From contig JAVBKJ010000121.1 in assembly GCA_031554075.1 (NCBI GenBank), positions 1 to 34,476 on the forward strand: a stretch of DNA of 34,476 nucleotides, given 5' to 3'. The DNA is from Oscillospiraceae bacterium. Lineage in GTDB: Bacteria; Bacillota; Clostridia; Oscillospirales; UBA929. The notes under the pieces were generated by a model that did no database searches, was not told the DNA's origin, and saw only the letters and a program-made list of their open reading frames with translations. Shown piece by piece: positions 9,549 to 20,158 of this stretch. Made by a program: the position numbers and the translations under genes. How positions within the stretch are numbered: the stretch's first letter is position 1; every line of letters starts with the position of its first letter.

Positions 9549-10655
9549 ATGAAATTCAAATGTGAAAAAAGCTTACTCCAAAATGCGTTACTCACAGCGG
9601 CACGCGCTGTCACAACGCGTTCTACGTTGCCTGTACTTGAGGGTGTTTTATTACAAGTAGGCGAAGATGTCACCATTTCGGGCTACAATATGGAAACGGG
9701 TATCACAGCCAAGCTGTCGGCGAATATTAGCAAACAGGGTGACATCGTGCTGACAGCGCGCATGTTCTCAGACATTGTCCGTAAGATGCCAGATGAACAG
9801 GTGTCTGTCTCGGTGGAGGAGGACATGGTACACATCTCTTGCGGTGCTTCTGAGTTTAAGATTTTGGGGATGCCCTCTGGCCAATTTCCAAATCTGCCAG
9901 ATGTTAGCCAAGAGGCGTGCCTAGAGTTGCCGCAAGGTCAGCTAAAATCTATGCTAACAAAAACGCTGTTTGCCGTGTCTGTCAACGAAAATAAGGTCAT
10001 ACACACAGGGGCGTTGTTTGAATGTCAGGATTCTGTCCTAACGATTGTGGGGCTTGACGGGTTTCGGCTGGCATTGCGCCGCGAAACATTTGAAAATAAC
10101 AAAGAAGATATTAAATTTGTCGTGCCTGGCGCGGCGTTGCGAGAGGTCGAACATGTGCTAAGCGACAGCGATGAAGATGTTGTGCGCATTGTCATGGGCG
10201 GTCGGCATATACAATTCCAAGTGGGTGAGATAACGATTATCTCACGCTTGCTTGACGGCGAATTTTTAGACTACCGCAAAGCGATTCCGTCAGGGCAACC
10301 AACCACACTGGTAACAGGTACAAAAAAACTGCTAGAGGGCGTCGAACGTGTGTCACTGCTTGTGAACGATAAAATTAAGAACCCCGTCAGGCTGTTACTC
10401 GAAAAGGAGTGCATACAGCTGTCGTTGCACACGTCACTCGGCAGTGCGACCGATAGTTGCCCTTGTGAGGGAGACGGCGGTGAGCTAGAAATCGGCTTTA
10501 ATCATAAGTATTTAGTGGACGCCTTGCGTGCGTCGCTGCCAGACGAAACCATTCAAATTCGGTTTGGCAACCCCCTTGCGCCGTGTATTATTGAACCAGA
10601 GGTGGGTAACTCTTACCTGTTTATGGTACTGCCAGTGCGGCTGAAAGCAGACTAA
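9549..10655 (+). CDS. dnaN: DNA polymerase III beta sliding clamp
   Basis: MKFKCEK start after AGAAAGGA; LDGFRLA, SRLLDGEFLDY, IGFNHKYL, C-terminal MVLPVRL. Confidence 0.97.
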   Translation: MKFKCEKSLLQNALLTAARAVTTRSTLPVLEGVLLQVGEDVTISGYNMETGITAKLSANISKQGDIVLTARMFSDIVRKMPDEQVSVSVEEDMVHISCGASEFKILGMPSGQFPNLPDVSQEACLELPQGQLKSMLTKTLFAVSVNENKVIHTGALFECQDSVLTIVGLDGFRLALRRETFENNKEDIKFVVPGAALREVEHVLSDSDEDVVRIVMGGRHIQFQVGEITIISRLLDGEFLDYRKAIPSGQPTTLVTGTKKLLEGVERVSLLVNDKIKNPVRLLLEKECIQLSLHTSLGSATDSCPCEGDGGELEIGFNHKYLVDALRASLPDETIQIRFGNPLAPCIIEPEVGNSYLFMVLPVRLKAD

Positions 10656-11758
10656 TGATATTAAAAACGTTAGCGCTATATCAATTTCGCAATTTTAGCA
10701 GGCAAGCCGTGTCGTTTGCCGCGGGTGTGAATGTGATATGGGGTAAAAACGGGCAGGGTAAAACAAATCTGCTAGAAGCAGTGCATATTTTAGCCTTTAC
10801 ACGGTCAATGCGTAACGGTAGCGAACGAGATTGGCTACAGTTTGGCACAGAGGAAGCGTCGCTGTATGCCCAAACAAGCGAGTTGGATAGAGATAACACG
10901 CTTGAAATGCAGTTTCGCAAATCGGTGCGCCGACGGTTAGCGATAGACGGCGTGCCTGTTGACACCGCCAAGGGGTGGATTGGACACCTACCCATTGTGT
11001 TTTTCGGACCGCAGGAGTTGGCACTTATCCAAGAAGGACCAACCGCACGCCGCCGCTTTATGGATATGGCACTGTGCCAGATGCTCCCGCGCTACACACA
11101 GGCGCTGACGCTATATAAAAAAGCCTTAGAGCATAAAGCAAAGATATTGCGCGGTTATCATGAAAAACCAACGCTTGTGACCATGCTGCCCGAGTTTAAC
11201 AGACAGTTGGCCGAAACTGGGGCGTATATCATGCTGATGCGGCAGAAATTTGTGAAAGCGTTGGCAATCCGTGCGGGCGAACACCATCTCTTGATTTCAG
11301 GCGGTCGCGAGCATTTGACGATGGAGTACAAAACAAGTGTCGCATTGTCGGATACGGTCAAAGATATGATTGAGGCACTGTATGAAAAGTTTGACAGCCG
11401 CACAGAGCAGGAACTTCAAGCAGGCGCGACTTTAGTAGGTCCCCATAGGGATGAACTAAGGACATACATTGACGGTCATGAAGCGCGCGTGTACGCCTCA
11501 CAGGGGCAAACGAGAACAGCCGCATTAGCGCTCAAGATGGCGGAACGTGATGTGTTAGAGGAAAGTTTGCAAACGACCCCCATCCTGTTGTTGGATGATG
11601 TGCTGTCGGAGCTAGATGTGGGACGTCGCTCGTATATCTTGCAGCATCAGGTGAATGGTCAGATACTGATTACGGATTGTGAACCCGCGAGACTGGCGGA
11701 ATTGCAAACGGGTAAGAAGATAGAGGTCAGTCAAGGGCAAATAGTGAGTGAAGCGTAG
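10655..11758 (+). CDS. recF: DNA replication/repair protein RecF
   Basis: GKNGQGKTNLLEA, GPTARRRFMD, GPHRD, SQGQTR, LLLDDVLSELD; TAATG overlap with dnaN. Confidence 0.97.
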   Translation: MILKTLALYQFRNFSRQAVSFAAGVNVIWGKNGQGKTNLLEAVHILAFTRSMRNGSERDWLQFGTEEASLYAQTSELDRDNTLEMQFRKSVRRRLAIDGVPVDTAKGWIGHLPIVFFGPQELALIQEGPTARRRFMDMALCQMLPRYTQALTLYKKALEHKAKILRGYHEKPTLVTMLPEFNRQLAETGAYIMLMRQKFVKALAIRAGEHHLLISGGREHLTMEYKTSVALSDTVKDMIEALYEKFDSRTEQELQAGATLVGPHRDELRTYIDGHEARVYASQGQTRTAALALKMAERDVLEESLQTTPILLLDDVLSELDVGRRSYILQHQVNGQILITDCEPARLAELQTGKKIEVSQGQIVSEA

Positions 11759-11782
11759 GGGAAATTGACATAGCAAATTAAG

Positions 11783-12072
11783 AGTTTTACTCAATTTTTT
11801 GCAAAAAATTGCGGATACATAAGGCAGAGCCTTATGTCATGACACCTCAGCGTTGTGGTCGTTGTCCGCAGACAACGAAACCCACATGATACAAGCGCGT
11901 GTCGCAACACGCAAGAAACCATCGTCCTAAAATAGAAACTAACGTCGCAGAGCTGGGCATCTTGCACGCCGCGGCGTGCGCTCTAATCATGTGGCATCTT
12001 GCACGTTGCGACGTGCGCTTTGTCAGACTCCGTCCGACACCTGCAAGCTTTTGAAAAAGCTTGACCAAAACT
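11783..12072. repeat. Non-coding array of palindromes bounded by two inward-facing related repeat units
   Basis: At least 8 hairpins; left unit AGTTTTACTCAATTTTTTGCAAAAAATTGCGG... mirrors the reverse-complemented right unit AGTTTTGGTCAAGCTTTTTCAAAAGCTTGCAGG...; internal 27-bp direct repeat 11956-11982 / 11993-12019. Confidence 0.7.
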
Positions 12073-12120
12073 TTTGTGCTATTACTTCTGTGCAACATTG
12101 TTGCGCTAAAAGGGGCAACT

Positions 12121-14291
<2,171 letters not shown>

Positions 14292-14307
14292 AAAGGGGGT
14301 GCCATTC

Positions 14308-16809
14308 ATGTCAGACCAAACAAGCCATTTGGACACAGAGAAAATACTATCCATCGACCTCGAACGCGAGATGAAAAAGTCGTACATCGACTACGCCATG
14401 TCTGTTATTGTAGGGCGCGCCCTGCCCGACGTGCGTGACGGCTTAAAGCCTGTGCATCGCCGTATTTTGTACACTATGTACGAAGAAAATCTAACACCAG
14501 AACGCGCGTTTCGTAAGGCGGCCACCGCCGTCGGTGACGTGCTGGGTCGCTATCATCCGCACGGCGACCAATCAGTGTACGATGCGCTCGTTCGTATGGC
14601 GCAAGATTTTTCACTGCGCTACCTGCTCATAGACGGTCACGGTAACTTTGGTAGTGTGGACGGTGACCCGCCCGCCGCCTATCGTTACACAGAAGCACGC
14701 CTTTCTAAGATGGCGATGCACATGATGTCCGATATCGACAAGGACACCGTTATCTTTACCCCCAACTTTGATAATTCACGGGAAGAACCGTCCGTACTCC
14801 CCTCTCGTTTTCCCAACTTACTGGTAAACGGCAGCTCGGGTATCGCCGTTGGTATGGCAACAAACATTCCGCCGCACAATTTGGGCGAGGTGTGCGATGC
14901 CGTTCTCTGCGTATTGGACAACGAAAACGCAGAAATGTCCGATTTGATGGAGCATATCAAGGGACCAGACTTCCCAACAGGCGGCATTATCCAAGGTATT
15001 GTGGGCGTTCGTGCCGCGTATGCAACAGGACGCGGACGCGTGAAAGTGCGCGCCCGTGCGGAAATTGAAGACCACAAAAACCGTCAACGCATTGTGGTGA
15101 CAGAGTTGCCCTATCAGGTCAACAAAGCACGCTTGGTGGAAGCCATTGCAGGCCTCGTGCGCGATAAGCATGTCGAGGGTATCGCCGATATCCGCGACGA
15201 ATCCGACCACACAGGCATGAAGATGGTCATTGACCTAAAGCGCGACGCAAACGGGCAAGTGATTCTAAACAAGCTGTACGCCATGACGGCGATGCAGTCT
15301 ACCTTTGCGATTAATATGTTGGCACTAGTGAACAATCAGCCGCGCACACTTACCCTGCGCGAGATGATAGACCACTACATTACGCACCAAAAGGACGTCA
15401 TCACACGCCGTACAAGGTACGAGCTGCGCCGCGCGCGCGAACGTATGCACCTGCTAGAGGGGCTCAAAATTGCGGTCGATAACATTGATGAAGTGATTCG
15501 CATTATCCGCACCGCCTATAACGATGCCAAGGCACGGTTGATGGAACGCTTTAGCCTAGATGATGTACAAGGGCAGGCCATTGTTGATATGCGCCTAGGG
15601 CGTTTGCAAGGCTTGGAGATAGAAAAGTTGCAAGCTGAAATTAACGATTTAATGACAAAGATTATTGATTATGAAGATATTTTAGCAAATGTGGAGCGCG
15701 TTCGTCTGATTATCAAGCAGGAACTGACAGAATTGCGTAACAAATTTGCAGACCCACGCCGCACCGAAATTCAACCGCTGGACGATGAAATCGACATTGA
15801 GGATTTAATCGACAAAGAAGATTGCGTCTTTAGTCTTACCCATTTTGGGTACATCAAGCGCCTGCCCACCACCGTGTACCGCGCGCAACGACGCGGCGGA
15901 AAGGGTGTCATGGGGCAAACAGTGCGCGAGGAAGATTTTGTCGAGGATGTGTCTGTTGCGTCAACGCACGACACCTTGCTGTTTTTCACCAACAGGGGCA
16001 GACTGCACAGAAAGCGCGGCTTTCATGTCCCAGAAGCGGGGCGCACGGCAAAGGGCATGAATCTGACCAATCTCCTACCGTTGGAGGAGGGCGAAAAGGT
16101 CACAGCCATGATACCAGTGCGGCAGGAAGAAAAAGCCGAGTACCTTGTGATGGTGACACGCGCTGGTACAGTCAAGCGGATACGGCTAGACGCGCTAGAC
16201 ACGTCGCGCAAGAGCGGCATACGTGCCGTTACGATAGATGAGGGTGACGAACTCATCGCTGTTCGCAAAACAGACGGCACACAGGATATCGTACTGGCAA
16301 CGCGCGAGGGGTATGCGATTTGTTTTGCAGAAACCGATGTGCGGTCGATGGGTCGCATGGCGGCTGGCGTGCGCGGCATACGATTAGGCGAAGGTGACTA
16401 CGTGATTGGCGCGGCGCGTGCCAAGCCGGGCGCGTGCTTATTAACGATTACAGATCAGGGCTATGGCAAACGTACCCATCTAGAGGAATACATGCGCGGC
16501 GCGGCAGACGAAAAGTCCGCCCAGCATCGCGGCGGCAAGGGGTTGCGTAACTATAACCTAACGGAAAAAACAGGCAAAGTGGCGGCGGTGCGTGTCGTAA
16601 ACGAAGAAGACGACTTGCTCATTATGTCTGACGATGGCACGATAATTCGTGTAGCGGTGTCGAGCATTAATGTGTATTCGCGTTCCACACAGGGTGTCAT
16701 TATCATGCGTATGCAGGGCGAGTCGAAGGTTGTCGGCTGTGCGCGCACGCAAAAGGAAGAAGACGAACCAGAGCAAGCGACCCCCGAGGCAGTCACAGAT
16801 GAAATCTAA
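14308..16809 (+). CDS. gyrA: DNA gyrase subunit A
   Basis: [29 protein letters not shown], GyrA-box QRRGGKG; ATG 14308 after GAAAGGGGG. Confidence 0.98.
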   Translation: MSDQTSHLDTEKILSIDLEREMKKSYIDYAMSVIVGRALPDVRDGLKPVHRRILYTMYEENLTPERAFRKAATAVGDVLGRYHPHGDQSVYDALVRMAQDFSLRYLLIDGHGNFGSVDGDPPAAYRYTEARLSKMAMHMMSDIDKDTVIFTPNFDNSREEPSVLPSRFPNLLVNGSSGIAVGMATNIPPHNLGEVCDAVLCVLDNENAEMSDLMEHIKGPDFPTGGIIQGIVGVRAAYATGRGRVKVRARAEIEDHKNRQRIVVTELPYQVNKARLVEAIAGLVRDKHVEGIADIRDESDHTGMKMVIDLKRDANGQVILNKLYAMTAMQSTFAINMLALVNNQPRTLTLREMIDHYITHQKDVITRRTRYELRRARERMHLLEGLKIAVDNIDEVIRIIRTAYNDAKARLMERFSLDDVQGQAIVDMRLGRLQGLEIEKLQAEINDLMTKIIDYEDILANVERVRLIIKQELTELRNKFADPRRTEIQPLDDEIDIEDLIDKEDCVFSLTHFGYIKRLPTTVYRAQRRGGKGVMGQTVREEDFVEDVSVASTHDTLLFFTNRGRLHRKRGFHVPEAGRTAKGMNLTNLLPLEEGEKVTAMIPVRQEEKAEYLVMVTRAGTVKRIRLDALDTSRKSGIRAVTIDEGDELIAVRKTDGTQDIVLATREGYAICFAETDVRSMGRMAAGVRGIRLGEGDYVIGAARAKPGACLLTITDQGYGKRTHLEEYMRGAADEKSAQHRGGKGLRNYNLTEKTGKVAAVRVVNEEDDLLIMSDDGTIIRVAVSSINVYSRSTQGVIIMRMQGESKVVGCARTQKEEDEPEQATPEAVTDEI

Positions 16810-16831
16810 AAACATATGTCTATGTTTTTAG
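16806..16831 (+). terminator. Possible terminator hairpin after gyrA
   Basis: CTAAAAACATA-TGTC-TATGTTTTTAG, an AT-rich 11-bp stem. Confidence 0.4.
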
Positions 16832-16915
16832 TAAAAATTAGTAAAAAAACAGTCAACGCATTATGTCACCTGTGAAGTAAAACTTGAAAGCATACCATAT
16901 ATTGAGTTACACCAC

Positions 16916-17094
16916 TTATCCACAAAGTTATCCACAGGTGACAATAACGGCGGTGCAAAACAACGCGGCAAAACGCGTATCATGGAAAAAATAAACGCCG
17001 CAAAGCGTTGGCGTAGAAGAGATTGCAGACTTATCCACAACGTTGCAAAACAGAGTATGGAAAGCAGTTAAGTGAGGTGACATAGTGTGGAAAA
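16916..17094. promoter_or_regulatory. Second DnaA-box cluster
   Basis: Perfect TTATCCACA at 16916-16924, 16928-16936 and 17031-17039; TGTGGAAAA (reverse box, 1 mismatch) at 17086-17094. Confidence 0.8.
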
Positions 17095-17755
17095 GACCCT
17101 TTGGGGCATTGTAAAGGCGAGTAGCGAAGCCGACCAACACAGTTTATCGCATGTCCGACGTGTCCACAGGCTTTGTATGCGTCTGCTGGCGGCACACCCC
17201 ACAGCAGATAAAGAGATTGTCACGGCGGCGGTCATATTACATGATATTGCCAGAATTGACGAGGACAACGACCCAAGCCATATCATCGACCATGCGTTAC
17301 TTGGCAGTGAAAAAGCTGAGGAAATTCTACTGAATTTGGGATGGTTACCCGATCGTGCCAAGCACGTGCGTGATTGTATTGCCACGCATCGGTTTCGCAA
17401 CAGCGGCAACGCGCCGCAAACTATTGAGGCAAAGCTTCTATTTGACGCCGACAAATTAGATTCTCTAGGGCTAATTGGTGTGGCGCGTGTATTTATGCTA
17501 TCGGGGCAGTACGGTGAGGAGCTGTATGTGCCGTTGTCACCCGAACAAAGAAAACTAGAGTACGCCCCCATGGTGCATCAATTTGCGCAATATGCGCCGA
17601 ATATTGAGTACTATGTGAAACTGCGGCATATTCCCGAACGGCTGTTTACAGACGCGGCAAAGCAGATAGCAAACATACGTCTGGCAAAGATGACAGCCTT
17701 TTTTGAGGGCTTGGCAAGCGAACTTGGGCTTGAGGATATTGAGGAATTGCAATGA
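17087..17755 (+). CDS. HD-domain metal-dependent phosphohydrolase (YedJ-like)
   Basis: H...[23 protein letters not shown]; GTG start after GAGGTG. Confidence 0.9.
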   Translation: MEKTLWGIVKASSEADQHSLSHVRRVHRLCMRLLAAHPTADKEIVTAAVILHDIARIDEDNDPSHIIDHALLGSEKAEEILLNLGWLPDRAKHVRDCIATHRFRNSGNAPQTIEAKLLFDADKLDSLGLIGVARVFMLSGQYGEELYVPLSPEQRKLEYAPMVHQFAQYAPNIEYYVKLRHIPERLFTDAAKQIANIRLAKMTAFFEGLASELGLEDIEELQ

Positions 17756-18192
17756 AACAATTAGAAATTTACACAGATGGCGCGTGTTCGGGCAACCCTG
17801 GTCCTGGCGGCTGGGGCAGTATTCTGCGGTATGACGGCAAAGAGAAGGAACTCAGCGGCGGCGAACCCCATACGACGAATAATCGCATGGAGCTGATGGC
17901 AATCATACGGGCACTTGAGGCGCTAAAAGAGCCGTGCCAAGTGACGTTGTATTCCGACTCTCGTTATGCAGTAGACGGCATCACCAAGGGTTGGGCGAAG
18001 GGATGGCGGGCGAAAAACTGGGTGAAATCGGACAAAACGCCCGCCAAAAACCCCGATCTGTGGGAAATGTTATTACAGCTTTGTGACAAGCACAACGTGA
18101 CCTTCGTGTGGGTGAAGGGGCATGAGAGCAACGCATACAACAACCGTTGCGACGAATTAGCCGTAGCGGCAAGGTTGCAAATCGCTCGGTAG
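17752..18192 (+). CDS. rnhA: Ribonuclease HI
   Basis: [43 protein letters not shown]; ATGA overlap with the HD gene. Confidence 0.97.
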   Translation: MKQLEIYTDGACSGNPGPGGWGSILRYDGKEKELSGGEPHTTNNRMELMAIIRALEALKEPCQVTLYSDSRYAVDGITKGWAKGWRAKNWVKSDKTPAKNPDLWEMLLQLCDKHNVTFVWVKGHESNAYNNRCDELAVAARLQIAR

Positions 18193-18397
18193 GGGCGGCC
18201 ATAGGCCGTCCGCAAGCCATCCATAGGCCGTCCGCCAGCCAAATCATGTACACATGATAATATTGATTGAAACAGGACGCGCAATGCGCGCCCCTACGAT
18301 TTCAACCATAATCAACCAATTAAAAGGATACGTTACAAAGCAAATCGGATTTTCTATTTGGCAAAAACTTTGTCATGACCATATTATCCGTGATAAA
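18189..18397 (+). pseudogene. Internally deleted copy of a REP-associated transposase with an inverted REP pair (REPIN-like)
   Basis: GTAGGGGCGGCCATAGGCCGTCCG (18189-18212) and GGACGCGCAATGCGCGCCCCTAC (18275-18297); 18238-18397 aligns with 18718-18901 of the intact gene. Confidence 0.8.
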
Positions 18398-18454
18398 CTG
18401 TATGGATATTAGATTTTAAATGTATAAACGGTATGGCATTGAGGTGTACATTTG

Positions 18455-18985
18455 ATGAAAGATTTACCCAGACGAAAACAAAATAGATTGAAAGACTATG
18501 ATTACAGACAAAGTGGCGCATACTTTATCACAATATGCGTTAAAGGAAAACATGAATTGTTGGGAAAGATCAATGTAGGGGCGGCCATTGGCCGTCCGCC
18601 AGAAATTGGCCGTCCGCCAGAAATTGAGTTATCCGACAACGGTGAAATCGTTGAAAGTGCAATTTTAAACATCAGTGCTGTATACGAAACAATAACGGTT
18701 GACAAATACATTATAATGCCAAATCATGTACATATGATTATATTGATTGGAACTGGACGCGCAATGCACGCCCCTACTGGACGCGCAATGCGCGCCCCTA
18801 CGATTTCAACCATAATCAACCAATTGAAAGGATACGTTACAAAGCAAATCGGATTTTCTATTTGGCAAAAACTTTTTCATGACCATATAATCCGTGATGA
18901 ACAAGATTACCAAAACCATTGGCGATACATCGACGAAAATCCGATAAAATGGATGCAAGACGAATATTATGAGACAACTACATAA
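18455..18985 (+). mobile_element. REP-associated tyrosine (Y1/HUH) transposase, IS200/IS605 superfamily (RAYT-like)
   Basis: RLKDYDY...GAYFITIC, MPNHVH (HUH), WQKLFHDHIIR, YIDENP (catalytic Tyr); GTAG-type REPs inside and beside the gene. Confidence 0.9.
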
Positions 18986-19076
18986 GTAAAATAAGCATTT
19001 TCTACGTTTGCATATGCCCTACAGGAAAGCCTAAGTCGATTGAACACTTTACTTACATTACACTTGTTGACAGTCT

Positions 19077-19117
19077 AAAACAGCCACAGTACGAAGTTAA
19101 TCCGTACTGTGGCTGTT
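19077..19117. terminator. Bidirectional terminator between converging genes
   Basis: AACAGCCACAGTACG / CGTACTGTGGCTGTT 15-bp stem. Confidence 0.8.
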
Positions 19118-19140
19118 GTGTATCAATGGACTAATAATGG

Positions 19141-19965
19141 TCAAACAAGCCAGAAATATAACAGCACCACAATGCCTAGAACAATGCGATACCACCCGAA
19201 CACCTTAAAGTCGTGCTTTTGGATATAACCAACCAAAAATTTGATAGCCAGCACAGAGACAACAAAGGCAACGACCATGCCAACAAGCAACATAGCAAGC
19301 TCCATGCCCGTAAAGTCAAATCCAAACTTGACAATTTTCAGTAAACTTGCGCCCACCATGACAGGGACAGCCATGAAGAACGTAAACTCTGCGGCAATCG
19401 TCCGCGAAACACCGAATAGTATCGCGCCCAAAATGGTGGCACCAGACCGCGACGTACCGGGAAACACCGCGGCAATCAGCTGAAACATGCCGATGATAAG
19501 CGCGACACGATACGTAATGTGCCGCAATGTCGTCACTGTGGGCTGATGCCCCTTGTTATAGTTTTCCACAACAATAAACAGCACACCAAAGGCGATAAGC
19601 ATAATCGCAACGGTTTGATAGTTATAGAATAGAGCGTTAAGTTGGTCGTCCCACAACAGCCCGACAAACGTAGCAGGCAGACAGGCAACTATAATTTTCA
19701 TCCACATAGACAGAATATCAGGCTTAATACGCAACCCGCGTTCAACAGAAAAAGGATTCAGTTTTTGCCAGTACAGCACAATCACCGCTAAAACCGCGCC
19801 TAATTGTATGACAACAAGAAACATTTCCTTAAACGCAGCCGTGACATTCATATGTAAAAACTCGTCGAGTAAAATCATATGGCCCGTACTGCTAATGGGC
19901 AGCCACTCTGTCAAACCCTCTACCACGCCGAAAATAATCGCTTTTATAATTTCGATAAACTCCAT
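19141..19965 (-). CDS. uppP: Undecaprenyl-diphosphate phosphatase (BacA)
   Basis: GVVEGLTEWLPISSTGH, PGTSRSGATI, FGWYRI. Confidence 0.97.
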   Translation of the reverse strand: MEFIEIIKAIIFGVVEGLTEWLPISSTGHMILLDEFLHMNVTAAFKEMFLVVIQLGAVLAVIVLYWQKLNPFSVERGLRIKPDILSMWMKIIVACLPATFVGLLWDDQLNALFYNYQTVAIMLIAFGVLFIVVENYNKGHQPTVTTLRHITYRVALIIGMFQLIAAVFPGTSRSGATILGAILFGVSRTIAAEFTFFMAVPVMVGASLLKIVKFGFDFTGMELAMLLVGMVVAFVVSVLAIKFLVGYIQKHDFKVFGWYRIVLGIVVLLYFWLV

Positions 19966-20032
19966 ACATACCTCCCGTTTTCATCACTATATGCTCGACT
20001 AGTTTGAAACATGCCCAAGCCCAATCGTCCGT

Positions 20033-20061
20033 ATTCTACCATACCGCGTGGCATATGGCAA
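20033..20061 (-). promoter_or_regulatory. sigma-A type promoter for uppP
   Basis: TTGCCA-17 bp-TAGAAT on the minus strand. Confidence 0.55.
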
Positions 20062-20158
20062 CAATTTTCAAACAGCCGTGCTATATTCGTGAGTTGGTGT
20101 GGGTATGTTTTGTTTTGCTTGCGTTTACCCGACCAACTTCGTCATGGTTTTGCTATTC

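Noticed and set aside
11783-12072. CRISPR array or integron attC array
   Set aside because: No run of identical repeats with regular unique spacers; no cas or integron integrase genes
16945-17020. c-di-GMP riboswitch suggested by GCAAA-containing mini-hairpins
   Set aside because: The GEMM two-stem architecture with tetraloop/receptor could not be built
18238-18901. Near-identical repeat pair as a diversity-generating retroelement TR/VR
   Set aside because: Differences are not adenine-specific and are mostly synonymous, and no reverse transcriptase is present
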